IMG/VR virus record: IMGVR_UViG_3300037451_000035
Span: 1 to 64,000 of that record
Length of the DNA stretch: 64,000 bases
Direction: 5' to 3' (one strand)
From: a virus
Below the pieces are notes generated by a model, which was given only the letters and a program-made list of their open reading frames with translations, had not been told where the DNA came from and did not search any database. Shown in pieces: positions 37,555 through 47,228 of this stretch (positions are counted from its first letter, which is position 1; the number at the start of each line of letters is the position of its first letter). Made by a program: the position numbers and the translations under genes.

Positions 37555-38628
37555 TTAGAAGTTCGCGGCATACGAATACTGGAACGGAAGCTGCAGCACC
37601 CCGGACTCGATAGCCTGCTTTAACACAGGTTCGAGCGGAAATTGAGTGCCCCCAGGCACAAATTGTGTCAGCAGCCGATTATAGGCCATCCGATTGAAGC
37701 CGAATCGATTGTAGAGCGCGCCGCCCAGGATTGTCCGCACGCCGGGTGTGATGCTGATCGAGATAACCCCGGGCCCGGTGGTGACGCTAATCAGGGACGT
37801 GTTATCCACATTCGGCGCCGTCCCGTTCGGCCCGGTCAGGAAGCGCATAATCCGCCGCTTCAGCCATCGGATATTGAAGCGATTGCCGTCGCCACGATAG
37901 AGGTTCCAAGTCAGAATCCGCTTGAAGACGTCGTCGGTCGTAAACGCGATATTGGTCGGGCCGACGATCTTCGAGACGTTGAACGGAATCGTATTGAACG
38001 CCCAGGTGTTGTACGGGCCGCGACGGCGATTGCGCCCGGAGGACAGCGTCGGCCGGACCATGCCGTAGAGCCCGGCCGCCACCCAATCGAGCAGCGATCC
38101 GGCGATCGACAGGTCGGAATAGACCGGCAAAGGCGTGCCGACGAACCAATCGACATACCCTTGCGCCAGCGAATTGTAGGCCGCAACGAAGGCCGCGCAG
38201 GATTCGTCGTCGTTATATTGCTGGTAGAGATAGGACGGAATGATTTTCGTGAGCGTCGTCGGCTTGGCCGGCGGAAACGAGCCGGCCTGCGGCGTCGGCG
38301 GAAAAGGTGACGGCGGCTGGAGGACGATGCCAGCGATCTTGTGCCCGGCGCTCTTGGCATTGACGCTGACCTTGGTGGCGAGGCCCGCCGGGAAGGTAAA
38401 AAGCGCTCCGGGCTGGATTGCCTGCGTCGTCGCCGTCTCTTCCGCGGCCGCCGGATTGCCGCTGACGTCGACATAGATCGGCTCCGAAGCGGCCAAGCCC
38501 TCATCGGCGGCATTGAATGGATTTTGAATAAATCCGCCCAGCAAAGGACCGAAGGCGACGTCGATCGGATGGCCGCCAGTGCGCACAAAGGTTTGCGCCA
38601 AGGGAAGGACGACGACCGGATTTGCCAT
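37555..38628 (-). CDS. Baseplate wedge protein (DUF2612-like) with an extra N-terminal domain
   Basis: IIPSYLYQQYNDD, LLDWVAAGLYG, DDVFKRILTW, WLKRRIMRFL. Confidence 0.75.
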   Translation of the reverse strand: MANPVVVLPLAQTFVRTGGHPIDVAFGPLLGGFIQNPFNAADEGLAASEPIYVDVSGNPAAAEETATTQAIQPGALFTFPAGLATKVSVNAKSAGHKIAGIVLQPPSPFPPTPQAGSFPPAKPTTLTKIIPSYLYQQYNDDESCAAFVAAYNSLAQGYVDWFVGTPLPVYSDLSIAGSLLDWVAAGLYGMVRPTLSSGRNRRRGPYNTWAFNTIPFNVSKIVGPTNIAFTTDDVFKRILTWNLYRGDGNRFNIRWLKRRIMRFLTGPNGTAPNVDNTSLISVTTGPGVISISITPGVRTILGGALYNRFGFNRMAYNRLLTQFVPGGTQFPLEPVLKQAIESGVLQLPFQYSYAANF

Positions 38629-38632
38629 TGCG

Positions 38633-40075
38633 CTATGCCTGGGTGACCGTCACGCTGCCCGGGGCGGCGAAGAAGAACGACTCCGGGTCGCCGAAGATCA
38701 GTTGCCCGACCGGCGCGGTGCCGATGCTGTTGATCGAGACGGAAAACGAAAGCGCCGAGATTGTCGTCGGGTCGAGGACCGAGGCCACCGCTTCGACGAA
38801 AGCGGCGCTGAGTTCCAGCAGACTCATCGGCGCGCCGACCAGTATCGAATTGACGTAGGCGATGATCGCGGGCGCGGCGAGTTGCGACACCGAGGCTTGG
38901 CTGACGAAATTCGCAAGCGTCGTGTTCCAGCTTACCGCAATCGTCACTGTCTGCTGGGGTGGCGAGACAAAGGGAATCGCATACAGATTTGGAGGATCGA
39001 CGATGTTCGGAGTCACATTGCGGGGATTTGGCGAGCAGACGCCGCCGCTGACATAGGGCGCCATCAGCGAAGTATTGACCGGGATGCTGAAGCGTTTTTC
39101 GTCGACGACTGTGATCACGAAAGGCGTGCCATTGATCGGCGGCCCGACAATCCCGCTCATGGTCACGGTTTCGCCGGTCGTATAGCCGTGATTGAGATTC
39201 GTCGTCACCACGCCGGGATTGGCCGACGAGATATTGGTGATCAGCAACGTCGATCCGACCAGCACCGAGATATCGAGCCCCGAGGCGAAAATGGCACCGG
39301 CCACCAGATAGGGGTCGCCGCCGCCGACAATGATTTCCCAGCCGCCGCCGGACTGCTGGAGCGTCGAGATCAGCCGCGCTTGGACGCCGGCCACCTGATT
39401 TAAGAGCGTCTTCAGATAGGCCGTGGTGCCGGTTGAGACCGATTGCAGCGCTTGATTGACGCGCGCGCGATATGCCTCTTCCGTCTCGGCATTCGGATTG
39501 CCGGGAATGCCCGGCGCCGGATTGAAGCACGAGATCGCAAAGCGCGTGGTGTCGTAGGAACTGACGATTTGCGAGACGGCATCGGTCGCAATCGCCCATG
39601 AGCCCGGAATCGTCGCCAAGCAAAAGAGTGCCGGCGACGTGCCACCCGAATCGGTCACCCCGCCGTCTTGGACCACATACTGATAGGTGCCGTCGGAGAC
39701 GGTGAATCCGACCGGGATCACATAGCCGGGCACCGGGTTGGTGCTGGCGTCGAGCACGACGAATTGCACAAAAACCGAAGTGTTCGTAGGCACGCCCGGC
39801 GCAGATCCAGGCCCGATGAAAAGTTGCCCCAGCGCCAAGAGCAGGAAGGCGTTGGCGCCCATGGTGGTGAGCGAATTGATCGTCTCGACGCGGGCGCTGT
39901 CGATCTCGGCGATGCCGTAGACCTCGGTGCTCGAGATATCCTCGATCATCGAGCCCGGCAGAATCGCCGTATAGCCGGGGACCGCGGAGGCGACGAGCGC
40001 GATCAGCGCGGCTTGAATGACGGCCGGAGGCGTCGGCTGCGGGCCTGCGGCGGTGATGACGAGAGGAAAGCTCAT
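38633..40075 (-). CDS. Baseplate J-like protein
   Basis: PGYTA.LPGSMIEDI, ETEEAYRARV, GGDPY.VAGAI. Confidence 0.85.
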   Translation of the reverse strand: MSFPLVITAAGPQPTPPAVIQAALIALVASAVPGYTAILPGSMIEDISSTEVYGIAEIDSARVETINSLTTMGANAFLLLALGQLFIGPGSAPGVPTNTSVFVQFVVLDASTNPVPGYVIPVGFTVSDGTYQYVVQDGGVTDSGGTSPALFCLATIPGSWAIATDAVSQIVSSYDTTRFAISCFNPAPGIPGNPNAETEEAYRARVNQALQSVSTGTTAYLKTLLNQVAGVQARLISTLQQSGGGWEIIVGGGDPYLVAGAIFASGLDISVLVGSTLLITNISSANPGVVTTNLNHGYTTGETVTMSGIVGPPINGTPFVITVVDEKRFSIPVNTSLMAPYVSGGVCSPNPRNVTPNIVDPPNLYAIPFVSPPQQTVTIAVSWNTTLANFVSQASVSQLAAPAIIAYVNSILVGAPMSLLELSAAFVEAVASVLDPTTISALSFSVSINSIGTAPVGQLIFGDPESFFFAAPGSVTVTQA

Positions 40076-40419
40076 TGCGCCACCGTCGCTGAAATCTTGA
40101 CCCCGGTATTCGTGGTCACGTTCACCTTATACGTCGGCTTTTGCGCGCCCGGAACCCGGCTGATAATGAGCGCTGCAAAATAGGGAGCGAACTGCTGTTG
40201 CGTTCGCGCAACGTCATAATCCGGCCAGAGCTGCTGAATCACAGCTTGCTGGGCGGAAATTCCGAACGCTGCGTAAAAGGGGCTTTCCCCAAGATTCAGT
40301 TGAAGGCACTGCAAGAGCGTCGTCAGCCAGATGGCGTCATTGCTCCCGTTCGGGTCGGTCTGAACGACCTTCCACTGATAGGTGCCGTCGGGATTGTACG
40401 TGCGGCCATAGGTGCGAAT
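40072..40419 (-). CDS. Baseplate wedge (gp25-like) protein, probable ATT start
   Basis: IRTYGRTY...W..VQTD.NG.NDAIWLTTL.Q.LQLNLGESPFY; SD AAGGGGG 8 nt upstream of ATT. Confidence 0.7.
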   Translation of the reverse strand: MRTYGRTYNPDGTYQWKVVQTDPNGSNDAIWLTTLLQCLQLNLGESPFYAAFGISAQQAVIQQLWPDYDVARTQQQFAPYFAALIISRVPGAQKPTYKVNVTTNTGVKISATVAQ

Positions 40420-40442
40420 TGGAGCATCCCCCTTGCGAAGCT

Positions 40443-41030
40443 TTATACCACGTTGACGACGTTGCCGTTATTCCAGAGCGAGCCGGGCGGCAGGCCCGCG
40501 GCGGAGACCGGAAGCGTCGTGATTTGCACGCTCTTGCCGAGCGGGACCTTGATCACCGCGCCGGCCGCGGACACGGTGAGCACGCTGGCCTTATCCACAG
40601 TCCGGAGAATGCAGCCGTCGGGCCCGTAGAGCACATAGGCGCGCGCGTCGTCGGTCGAGCCGAACCCGGTGTTGCCGACCGGAATGAAAATCAGCGCCGA
40701 GAGATTGCCGGGCAGCGAGAGATCGGCATTGCCGCCGCCGAGCCCGGTCACGTTCCCGATATAGGTGTCCATCGACCAGACGACGCCCTTGACGCCGGCG
40801 CCGAGCGGCGCGCGGGCGAATTGCGACGTCGCCACCGCGCATTGGACGTTCGGCAAGGTGAAGAGGCTGGTTTGCACAAGGAAATTCACCGTGGCGATGG
40901 TTCCGGTCCCGTCGATCGAGACGATTTGCGCCGGCAGCGCCTTGCCGAGAAGCGCAATCGCGTCTTGAACCTTCTTCTGGGCGGCGTTCTGCAGCGAGAT
41001 CGCCAGCGGCGTCTTTTGCGCGTTCCTCAA
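40443..41030 (-). CDS. Baseplate spike/puncturing protein
   Basis: NAQKTP, GKALPAQIV.I OB-fold, GNLSALIFIP. Confidence 0.75.
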   Translation of the reverse strand: MRNAQKTPLAISLQNAAQKKVQDAIALLGKALPAQIVSIDGTGTIATVNFLVQTSLFTLPNVQCAVATSQFARAPLGAGVKGVVWSMDTYIGNVTGLGGGNADLSLPGNLSALIFIPVGNTGFGSTDDARAYVLYGPDGCILRTVDKASVLTVSAAGAVIKVPLGKSVQITTLPVSAAGLPPGSLWNNGNVVNVV

Positions 41031-42031
41031 TTGAAGACTCCCTGCGGCCCGCCGAGCACCTGGGTGGCGTTTGAGCCCGGCACGCTCGCGGCATCGATGA
41101 TCGTGCACCACGACGCGGCGTCGGCTTGGCGGGCGCGGCCGACGTGCCGGATTTGCTGGACCATGTATTTGCCGGCGAACGAGACGCTGTTGCGCGGCAA
41201 GAGCGCGGCTTGCGGCGTGACGATCGCAATGGCTGGCGGAAGCTGAACGAGATCGCCGACCGAGATATCGGCGCGCAGCACCGTCTTCAGATTGACGGTA
41301 AATCCGAGCCACGTCGGCTGGCCGATCAGGTCTTGATAGGCGATCTGCTTGGTGGTCGACGGCGCCGTGGTTCCGTCATAAGCCATGATCTTGTTGCCGG
41401 CCGTGACAAGCTGGACGCCGAGATAGGTTTTGTCGCCGAGTATCTTCTGCGACATCGAGCGCGCGAATTGCGCGAGTTGCTGGAGCGTGCCGTAGACGAA
41501 CGGCTGGTCGTAATTGAGCACAAGGTTCGGGCTGATTTTGATATCGAGCGTGAAATTGGGGAAGGCCGCGCCGAGCGCCGTCTTCAGCGCCGCCGATAAT
41601 TGCGTCCCCTTCTTCCAATTCGTCGAGATATTGACCGGCGCGTAATTCGAGCCGAGCGGCGGCGCCAGCACGAGGTCGAGCGTGGTGTCGGTCCCGATCC
41701 AATTGCCCAGGGCCGGGTAGATCGTGCCCTTGGCGAGAAGGCCCGCCTGATTCGCGGCCGCGGTCGCGAGCGGGAAGCCCTTTCCCATGCCGCCGTAAAC
41801 CGCCACCGGCTGGCCGTTCAAATTAGTCGCCTGGGCCACGACGGAAAGCGGCACGCCATAGATGCGCACGAAGGAGCGGACGTCCATGCCGCCGCCGGCC
41901 GCGGTCGCATAATTGAAGGCGAAGATATCGAGCTCGACGTCGAGGCAAGCCGGATCGAATACGCCGCCGGGGTGCGACGTATAGACCTTTTGGGCGGCGC
42001 CGGTGCCGATTTCGATGCGATAGAAGCGCAC
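41027..42031 (-). CDS. Baseplate hub protein
   Basis: RFYRIEI, GGMGKGFPLA, GNWIGTD, DLIGQPTW, RHVGRARQ. Confidence 0.75.
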   Translation of the reverse strand: MRFYRIEIGTGAAQKVYTSHPGGVFDPACLDVELDIFAFNYATAAGGGMDVRSFVRIYGVPLSVVAQATNLNGQPVAVYGGMGKGFPLATAAANQAGLLAKGTIYPALGNWIGTDTTLDLVLAPPLGSNYAPVNISTNWKKGTQLSAALKTALGAAFPNFTLDIKISPNLVLNYDQPFVYGTLQQLAQFARSMSQKILGDKTYLGVQLVTAGNKIMAYDGTTAPSTTKQIAYQDLIGQPTWLGFTVNLKTVLRADISVGDLVQLPPAIAIVTPQAALLPRNSVSFAGKYMVQQIRHVGRARQADAASWCTIIDAASVPGSNATQVLGGPQGVFN

Positions 42032-42033
42032 GC

Positions 42034-42357
42034 TTACACTCCGGTGATCTGGCCGTTCGTAATAAAGCCGTGCCACAGGCCGCCCGAACTGCCGTCAAGA
42101 GAAGGCGTCACCGTCATAGTTTCGAAGTTTGCGGCTGCGATTCCTCCAGAAACCGTCCACGCAAAGTCTGGACGGCACCCTTGGATTTTGAAATTCTCGC
42201 CAGCCTCGTCTTCGAAGAGTTGCCATTGCTCGCGCCTTGGGGTGTTTTCCACAAAGCAGCTTTGCCGCCATTCGGGATTTGTCGGCGAGCGAAAGGTGAA
42301 GCCGACGCGCGAGCCTCCCTTTATTAACCATTTCGGATCGAGTTCGATCAGCTTCAC
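42034..42357 (-). CDS. DUF6527-like small protein
   Basis: KLIELDPKW...TVTPSL...WHGFITNG. Confidence 0.6.
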   Translation of the reverse strand: MKLIELDPKWLIKGGSRVGFTFRSPTNPEWRQSCFVENTPRREQWQLFEDEAGENFKIQGCRPDFAWTVSGGIAAANFETMTVTPSLDGSSGGLWHGFITNGQITGV

Positions 42358-42842
42358 GGATAGACCTCGAATTGCCGCGCGGGCGTGCGATAGATCAGGC
42401 TCGACGTCGCGAACAGGCCCGACACCAAATTGATATTGTAGCTGACCGAGCCGAGCGCGGTCACGGTTCCCGGGTTCGCGCTGATCGAAAACGTGAATGT
42501 CGACGGCCCGGTGATCACGCATTGAAAGGTGCCATTGTAGCCGTCCGGGGTTACACCGAAGACCGTCAAGGTTACGACGTTCCCGATTTTCAGCCCATGC
42601 GGCGCCACGGTCGTCGCCGTCGCCTTCCCCGCCAGCCATGTGAGCGCCTGGAGCGGGATCGAGCCCGGCGAGCCGACGAGCGCGCGCGCCACCACCAGCA
42701 CGTTCGAGAGGCTGTAGAGATTGAGGTAATAGCGCTGGCCGAACAGCGACCAAGTGACGATGCCCTGATATTGCTGGCCGTCGAGCGTCGGGCTGAAGGT
42801 GAACGTCGCTTGCGCCGTCGGATTGAAGGGGAAAGGCGTCAT
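42354..42842 (-). CDS. Baseplate protein with an inserted beta domain
   Basis: F.PTLDGQQY...W.LFGQRYY, INLVSGLF..SSLIYR. Confidence 0.75.
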   Translation of the reverse strand: MTPFPFNPTAQATFTFSPTLDGQQYQGIVTWSLFGQRYYLNLYSLSNVLVVARALVGSPGSIPLQALTWLAGKATATTVAPHGLKIGNVVTLTVFGVTPDGYNGTFQCVITGPSTFTFSISANPGTVTALGSVSYNINLVSGLFATSSLIYRTPARQFEVYP

Positions 42843-42845
42843 GGC

Positions 42846-43592
42846 TCACCCCAAGGCCGGCAATGGCGAGGACGTCACCGGCACCAGCGGCGCCACGCCT
42901 GCGGCGCCGACCGAAGAGGCGGCCGGCACCGTGCTCATGCCGGCGAGGCTCGGGGGCACGTTGACGGTCTGGCCGAGGCCGGTCAGCGCGCCGTCGGTCG
43001 GCAAGCCGCCGGTGATCTTGCTCATGGCGGCGTTCTGGACTTGCTGGGCTTGCTGGAGCGAGATCAGCGGGGCGACGAAATCCCATTGCCAGCGATATTG
43101 TGGCTGCTTGCTCTCCGCGCTCGAAATGTCCCGAAGGTCGAGCATCACGCAATCGGTGAAGAAATAGGACGGCGTCGCCACGATGAAGGTGCCGCCCAGC
43201 GCATTGTGCGCTTTGAGCGCCGCGGTGAGCGCCAGCATGGTCGCCAGCTTGACCGCATAGCCACCCGGGGCCTTGGCCGGCACGAGCATGTGCATCGAGA
43301 TCGGGAGCGGGTCTGTGATCGCCGCGTTCGCGGCCACCGATTGATTCGCGAACGGGGAAGTCGCAATTTTCTGCGAGATCAGTGCCGTGCCCGGTGCCGG
43401 GTTGAAGTGCGCGAAATACTCGTCGAGCGTGGCCGGACCTCCGCCCGAAAGCACGCCGGCGACAAAATCGACCGATTGCGTCAGTGAAATAATCGGTAAC
43501 ATTCCGCCGGGCATGAAGGTGGCGATCCCGTTCGTGAGCATGATCGGCGAGATTTCGAACGTCAGCTTGTAGAGATCGCGCGCGGCGCTCAT
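42846..43592 (-). CDS. Tail tube initiator/baseplate protein
   Basis: ISPIMLTNGIA, PFANQSVAANA, WQWDFVAPLI. Confidence 0.7.
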   Translation of the reverse strand: MSAARDLYKLTFEISPIMLTNGIATFMPGGMLPIISLTQSVDFVAGVLSGGGPATLDEYFAHFNPAPGTALISQKIATSPFANQSVAANAAITDPLPISMHMLVPAKAPGGYAVKLATMLALTAALKAHNALGGTFIVATPSYFFTDCVMLDLRDISSAESKQPQYRWQWDFVAPLISLQQAQQVQNAAMSKITGGLPTDGALTGLGQTVNVPPSLAGMSTVPAASSVGAAGVAPLVPVTSSPLPALG

Positions 43593-45238
43593 GGCGTCCC
43601 ACCCAGCCCGATCTGCGAGCCGGCGGTAATAGCGCTGGCGCCGGTCGCGTCGTGAATCTCAATTATCACCTTTTGATATCCCGGCATTCCGTGCGCGCGG
43701 TCCAGATAGCCGCGGCCCTCGGGCCCGATTGGGAATTTCCCTGGTTGCTCAACGGCTCCTCGGCCGGAATGATAGGCCAGAAGCACCTTGTCGATGTCGC
43801 CGTGATAGCGGCGCACCAAATCGCGCAAGATCAATTGCGCGGTCTGCTCATTGTAAATCGGGTCGGTCAGGAATTGCGGGTCGCGATTATAGGCGCGCGC
43901 TGTGTCCGGAGTGATCTGATAGCGACCGATCGCGCCCTTCGGGCTGACGGCGGCGTCGCCGCTCCCTTCCAATTTCCGAACGAGGCCAAGGAGATCGCCT
44001 TCGGCCTGGGCGCCTTTGAGAAATGGCGGCGTCTGGAACTTAAATAGCGGGTTGTCGCCGCTGAAGACTCCGGTCGGCAATTTGAAGAGATCGCCGCGGG
44101 AGCCAATTCCAGGCGGCCCGGCCGGGATGGAATCAGCCGGCACGAACGATTTGATCCACCCGGCCGCCGCGCCGACAGCCGAAGCCAGCGCGCCTAGATT
44201 GTCCTTGAATCCGGTGACGTCGCGCTCGAAGTCCGGACTGACGAGATATTTGGCAAAACGCTCGATCGCCTTGCCCATCGGCTCGATCCACTTCTCGGCG
44301 CCGGACAGGAAGGTGTCCGTCGCCTTCGCCACCGAGCCGGCGAGCTTCTCCAGCGGGGCCGTCAGACCGACGAGGTTCTTGACCAGCGTGTTCTCGATTC
44401 CGAGCCCGGCGCGCTCCAGACCGGTATTGAAGTCCTGCCAGCCGCGCGTGACGTCCTTTTGCAGATTGAGATTTTGCGCGTCGGTCTTGAAGCGCTCGAT
44501 CTGGACCCGCCGTTCCTCCTTGCTGGCGCCCAGGAACCGCACGATATCGTCCGGGCTTAGGAATTGGTCGAGCCCGAGCGCCCGGGCCCGGGGGAGAACG
44601 AGGCCCTGTGGCGTGCCCGCAAACAGCCCTGGAAGGCGCTCCAGAAGCTGCGCCGATACGGACGCCGCATTGCCGCCGCCCGCACCAGGATTGATGCCAG
44701 CGGCGCGCAGGCCAATCTGGGCGGGATTGGTGATGTCGAAGAGGGCGTTGCGTGCGGCCGCCAGCACCGCGCCCGGGTCGACGAAGCGCCCGAGATTGAG
44801 CCCGAAGGCCTGCTGCTGGCCGTAGCTGATGCCCAGGCCGCCCGCGGCGCGCCGGGTGCCCGATACCGATTCGGCCAGCCGGTCGAGGCTTACCGCGCCG
44901 ACAATGGCGCCGAGCGCCCCGGTAATGCCTGTCCATTTCGCCAGCGTCAGCGTCATGCGCCCGAGGCTGGCCGCCGTCTCCTTGGCGCGCGTCGAGATTC
45001 CCGTCCAGGCGCGCTCGCTCCGCTCCGCCTCTTGGGCGACGCGCTTCTCGCCCTCCAGCACCCGGGTGAGCAATTGCGTCTGTGCCGCGATCGCGGCGAC
45101 GACGGGCTGCTCGGCCGCGGCGACCTTACCCCATAGGCCGGGCAACTTGCCCATGGTCTGCACATATTTTTCGACGAGCGCGAAATAGGCTTTTGCCTTC
45201 GTATCGTCGAGTTCCACTTCGAAAATCGACTTCGCCAT
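43589..45238 (-). CDS. Tape measure protein with a C-terminal lytic transglycosylase
   Basis: Ala-rich helices; LEGSG..AVSPKGAIGRYQITP.TA, LAYHSG. Confidence 0.85.
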   Translation of the reverse strand: MAKSIFEVELDDTKAKAYFALVEKYVQTMGKLPGLWGKVAAAEQPVVAAIAAQTQLLTRVLEGEKRVAQEAERSERAWTGISTRAKETAASLGRMTLTLAKWTGITGALGAIVGAVSLDRLAESVSGTRRAAGGLGISYGQQQAFGLNLGRFVDPGAVLAAARNALFDITNPAQIGLRAAGINPGAGGGNAASVSAQLLERLPGLFAGTPQGLVLPRARALGLDQFLSPDDIVRFLGASKEERRVQIERFKTDAQNLNLQKDVTRGWQDFNTGLERAGLGIENTLVKNLVGLTAPLEKLAGSVAKATDTFLSGAEKWIEPMGKAIERFAKYLVSPDFERDVTGFKDNLGALASAVGAAAGWIKSFVPADSIPAGPPGIGSRGDLFKLPTGVFSGDNPLFKFQTPPFLKGAQAEGDLLGLVRKLEGSGDAAVSPKGAIGRYQITPDTARAYNRDPQFLTDPIYNEQTAQLILRDLVRRYHGDIDKVLLAYHSGRGAVEQPGKFPIGPEGRGYLDRAHGMPGYQKVIIEIHDATGASAITAGSQIGLGGTP

Positions 45239-45249
45239 GCGCGCCCTCG

Positions 45250-45941
45250 TCAGAACCGCCGCAGGCGATTCCGCCACTCGAAGGCGGTACTATACGGCAA
45301 ATCGACCGCTTCCATCAGGTCGCGAAAGCCGTTCTCCGCAAGCTCGTTCAGGAGGGAACCGACGACTCCACCTTCGGCCCAGAATTGGCGGTCTCGATCG
45401 ACGTCGGCAAGGAACTCGCGAACTCCGTAGAGGTCAAGGACACGGCGCGCGCCCGCCATAAGCCAATCGTCTCGTAGAGCACCGGAAGATCGGACTTCTG
45501 GTTCATCCACGAGGCCACAGTAAAAAAAACGAGGAAGCTTTCAACCTCCGCCGCGGTCTCCGGGTCGATCTTGCCTTGCTGAGTCGCGACGTCGTACGGG
45601 AGCGTTTGCCAGCCGCCGGCGTCGCCCAGCACCACCACCGACGTCAGCCGCCGGATCTCCGCCAGCAAGCCGCGCTCGACGCCCGGCCGCGTGATCTCCT
45701 TGGTGGTCGGGTCGCGCCGGTCCTCCCATTGCCCGAGCTCGGTCGCTACGTCCTTGAGCGCGAGCGCGGCAATCCGCGGCGCGGCATTGCCGGCAACCCC
45801 GGACATGCGCACCATGGTGCGCGATATCGGCTCCCAATACCGCTCGAAGATTTCCCGGCTGATCGGCACCGAATGCACCCAGAGGGTAGTGCCGTCGTCG
45901 TCAATCGGGAGCGCGATGTTTAATCTTTTGTCTATACGCAT
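45250..45941 (-). CDS. Tail assembly chaperone G (45348-45941) and frameshifted GT product (to 45250)
   Basis: Between tube and tape measure; T8 slippery run at 45522-45529; the -1 frame is open to 45250. Confidence 0.75.
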
Positions 45942-46717
45942 GATAAAAGCCCCGCTGAGGCGCCGTCGCCCCATTGCGCAAATGCTGACGGAAAAACTGG
46001 ACATTCCCGTTTCCATCTCTTTATAGCATGGCCGACGCTTATATTGCGGCGGTGATCTGCTGAAAGCTGTCTTCCAGTAAGAGCGATGCTGATACTTTGA
46101 CAATGAGCATCCGATAATTTCACGCCTCTCCGACGCGTGCTTATGGCTTGGCAAATTTCTTGAGTGCGTTTTCTGCCTTTATTTTTCAGCGTAGTTTTTT
46201 CAACCGCCAATGGATCGCGTTTTTTGTTGAGCTTGGCGAGGCGCATCACTTGTTTGGTTTCATCGCTATGCTTCCGCCCCAAGAAAGGAGGATTTAACTT
46301 TACTCTCGCACTGCTGGCCGCCCGAAATTCTAGAGAATGAACGGCCCCTCGATGGCCGATGCCATATTTGTTTCCTTTGCTTCTAGCAATCAACGCACGG
46401 ATAGTTTTGGCCGACACTTTTCTCCCAGACACTCCTTCGCCGCCATCAGTCTGATTGACAAGTGGGCCATTCTTTCCTCGGCCGATGGCAGCGATCAGCG
46501 CGATCTCGATTTCAAATGCCTCTGGCTCTGTGAGATTAGACCGAATTATCACTATAGGAATTTCGCCGCCAGCCTTGGCGATGATTCGCTGAAGGTGTGA
46601 GTTGTGGCTTTTTCGCAGATGAACACGCCAACGATCACGTTGGCCCTTGCCGACGTAGCACGGCGAGCCGTCCCAGGGCCGGAAGGCGACGTAAATGTAG
46701 TATTTCCGTTTCAGCAT
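45932..46717 (-). CDS. GIY-YIG homing endonuclease with NUMOD3 repeats
   Basis: YYIY...CYVGKG...R, LVNQTDGGEG, KHSDETK repeats; AT-rich. Confidence 0.85.
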   Translation of the reverse strand: MLKRKYYIYVAFRPWDGSPCYVGKGQRDRWRVHLRKSHNSHLQRIIAKAGGEIPIVIIRSNLTEPEAFEIEIALIAAIGRGKNGPLVNQTDGGEGVSGRKVSAKTIRALIARSKGNKYGIGHRGAVHSLEFRAASSARVKLNPPFLGRKHSDETKQVMRLAKLNKKRDPLAVEKTTLKNKGRKRTQEICQAISTRRRGVKLSDAHCQSISIALTGRQLSADHRRNISVGHAIKRWKRECPVFPSAFAQWGDGASAGLLSCV

Positions 46718-46763
46718 GATAGCGATTCCCTGTTTGCGGAAATCACTATAAGCCGACGTCCGG

Positions 46764-47210
46764 CTAAAAGAAAAGCGCGTTTCCGACCACGTAGAAGCCG
46801 GTACAGGTCACTGCAAAAATCGGGGTCGTGCCATTGAAGAGCAAGTCGCCGACGCTTTCGATGGCGCAATTCTGAAGTTGATATGAGCCGAGGCCGGTCG
46901 AGACGTCTGGAAATACCGTGCCGGGGCCGATCACGGCGTTTAATTCCATTTGCGTCTTGTATTGGTCGGCGAGCAATTGCGTCTTCAGCAACGCAATTAC
47001 CACCGAAATCGGCATATAGCATTCCGGCGATTGCACCGTGCCGGTGAGCGTCGGCAATTGCGCCGAGGCTTGCCCGGTGAGCCGGAGATTGATGCCCTCG
47101 CGGTCCAGATAGGGCGCGGTGACGTTGAGCGTCGGGAAATTCGACCAGACGACGGCACCGCGAACGCGATTCAAAATTCCCTGATCGATCAACGGATTCC
47201 CAGAAGCCAT
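46764..47210 (-). CDS. Tail tube protein
   Basis: NPLIDQG.LNRVRG, LPTLTGTVQSPE; follows the sheath. Confidence 0.8.
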   Translation of the reverse strand: MASGNPLIDQGILNRVRGAVVWSNFPTLNVTAPYLDREGINLRLTGQASAQLPTLTGTVQSPECYMPISVVIALLKTQLLADQYKTQMELNAVIGPGTVFPDVSTGLGSYQLQNCAIESVGDLLFNGTTPIFAVTCTGFYVVGNALFF

Positions 47211-47228
47211 GTTCGATTCCTCTTTCGA

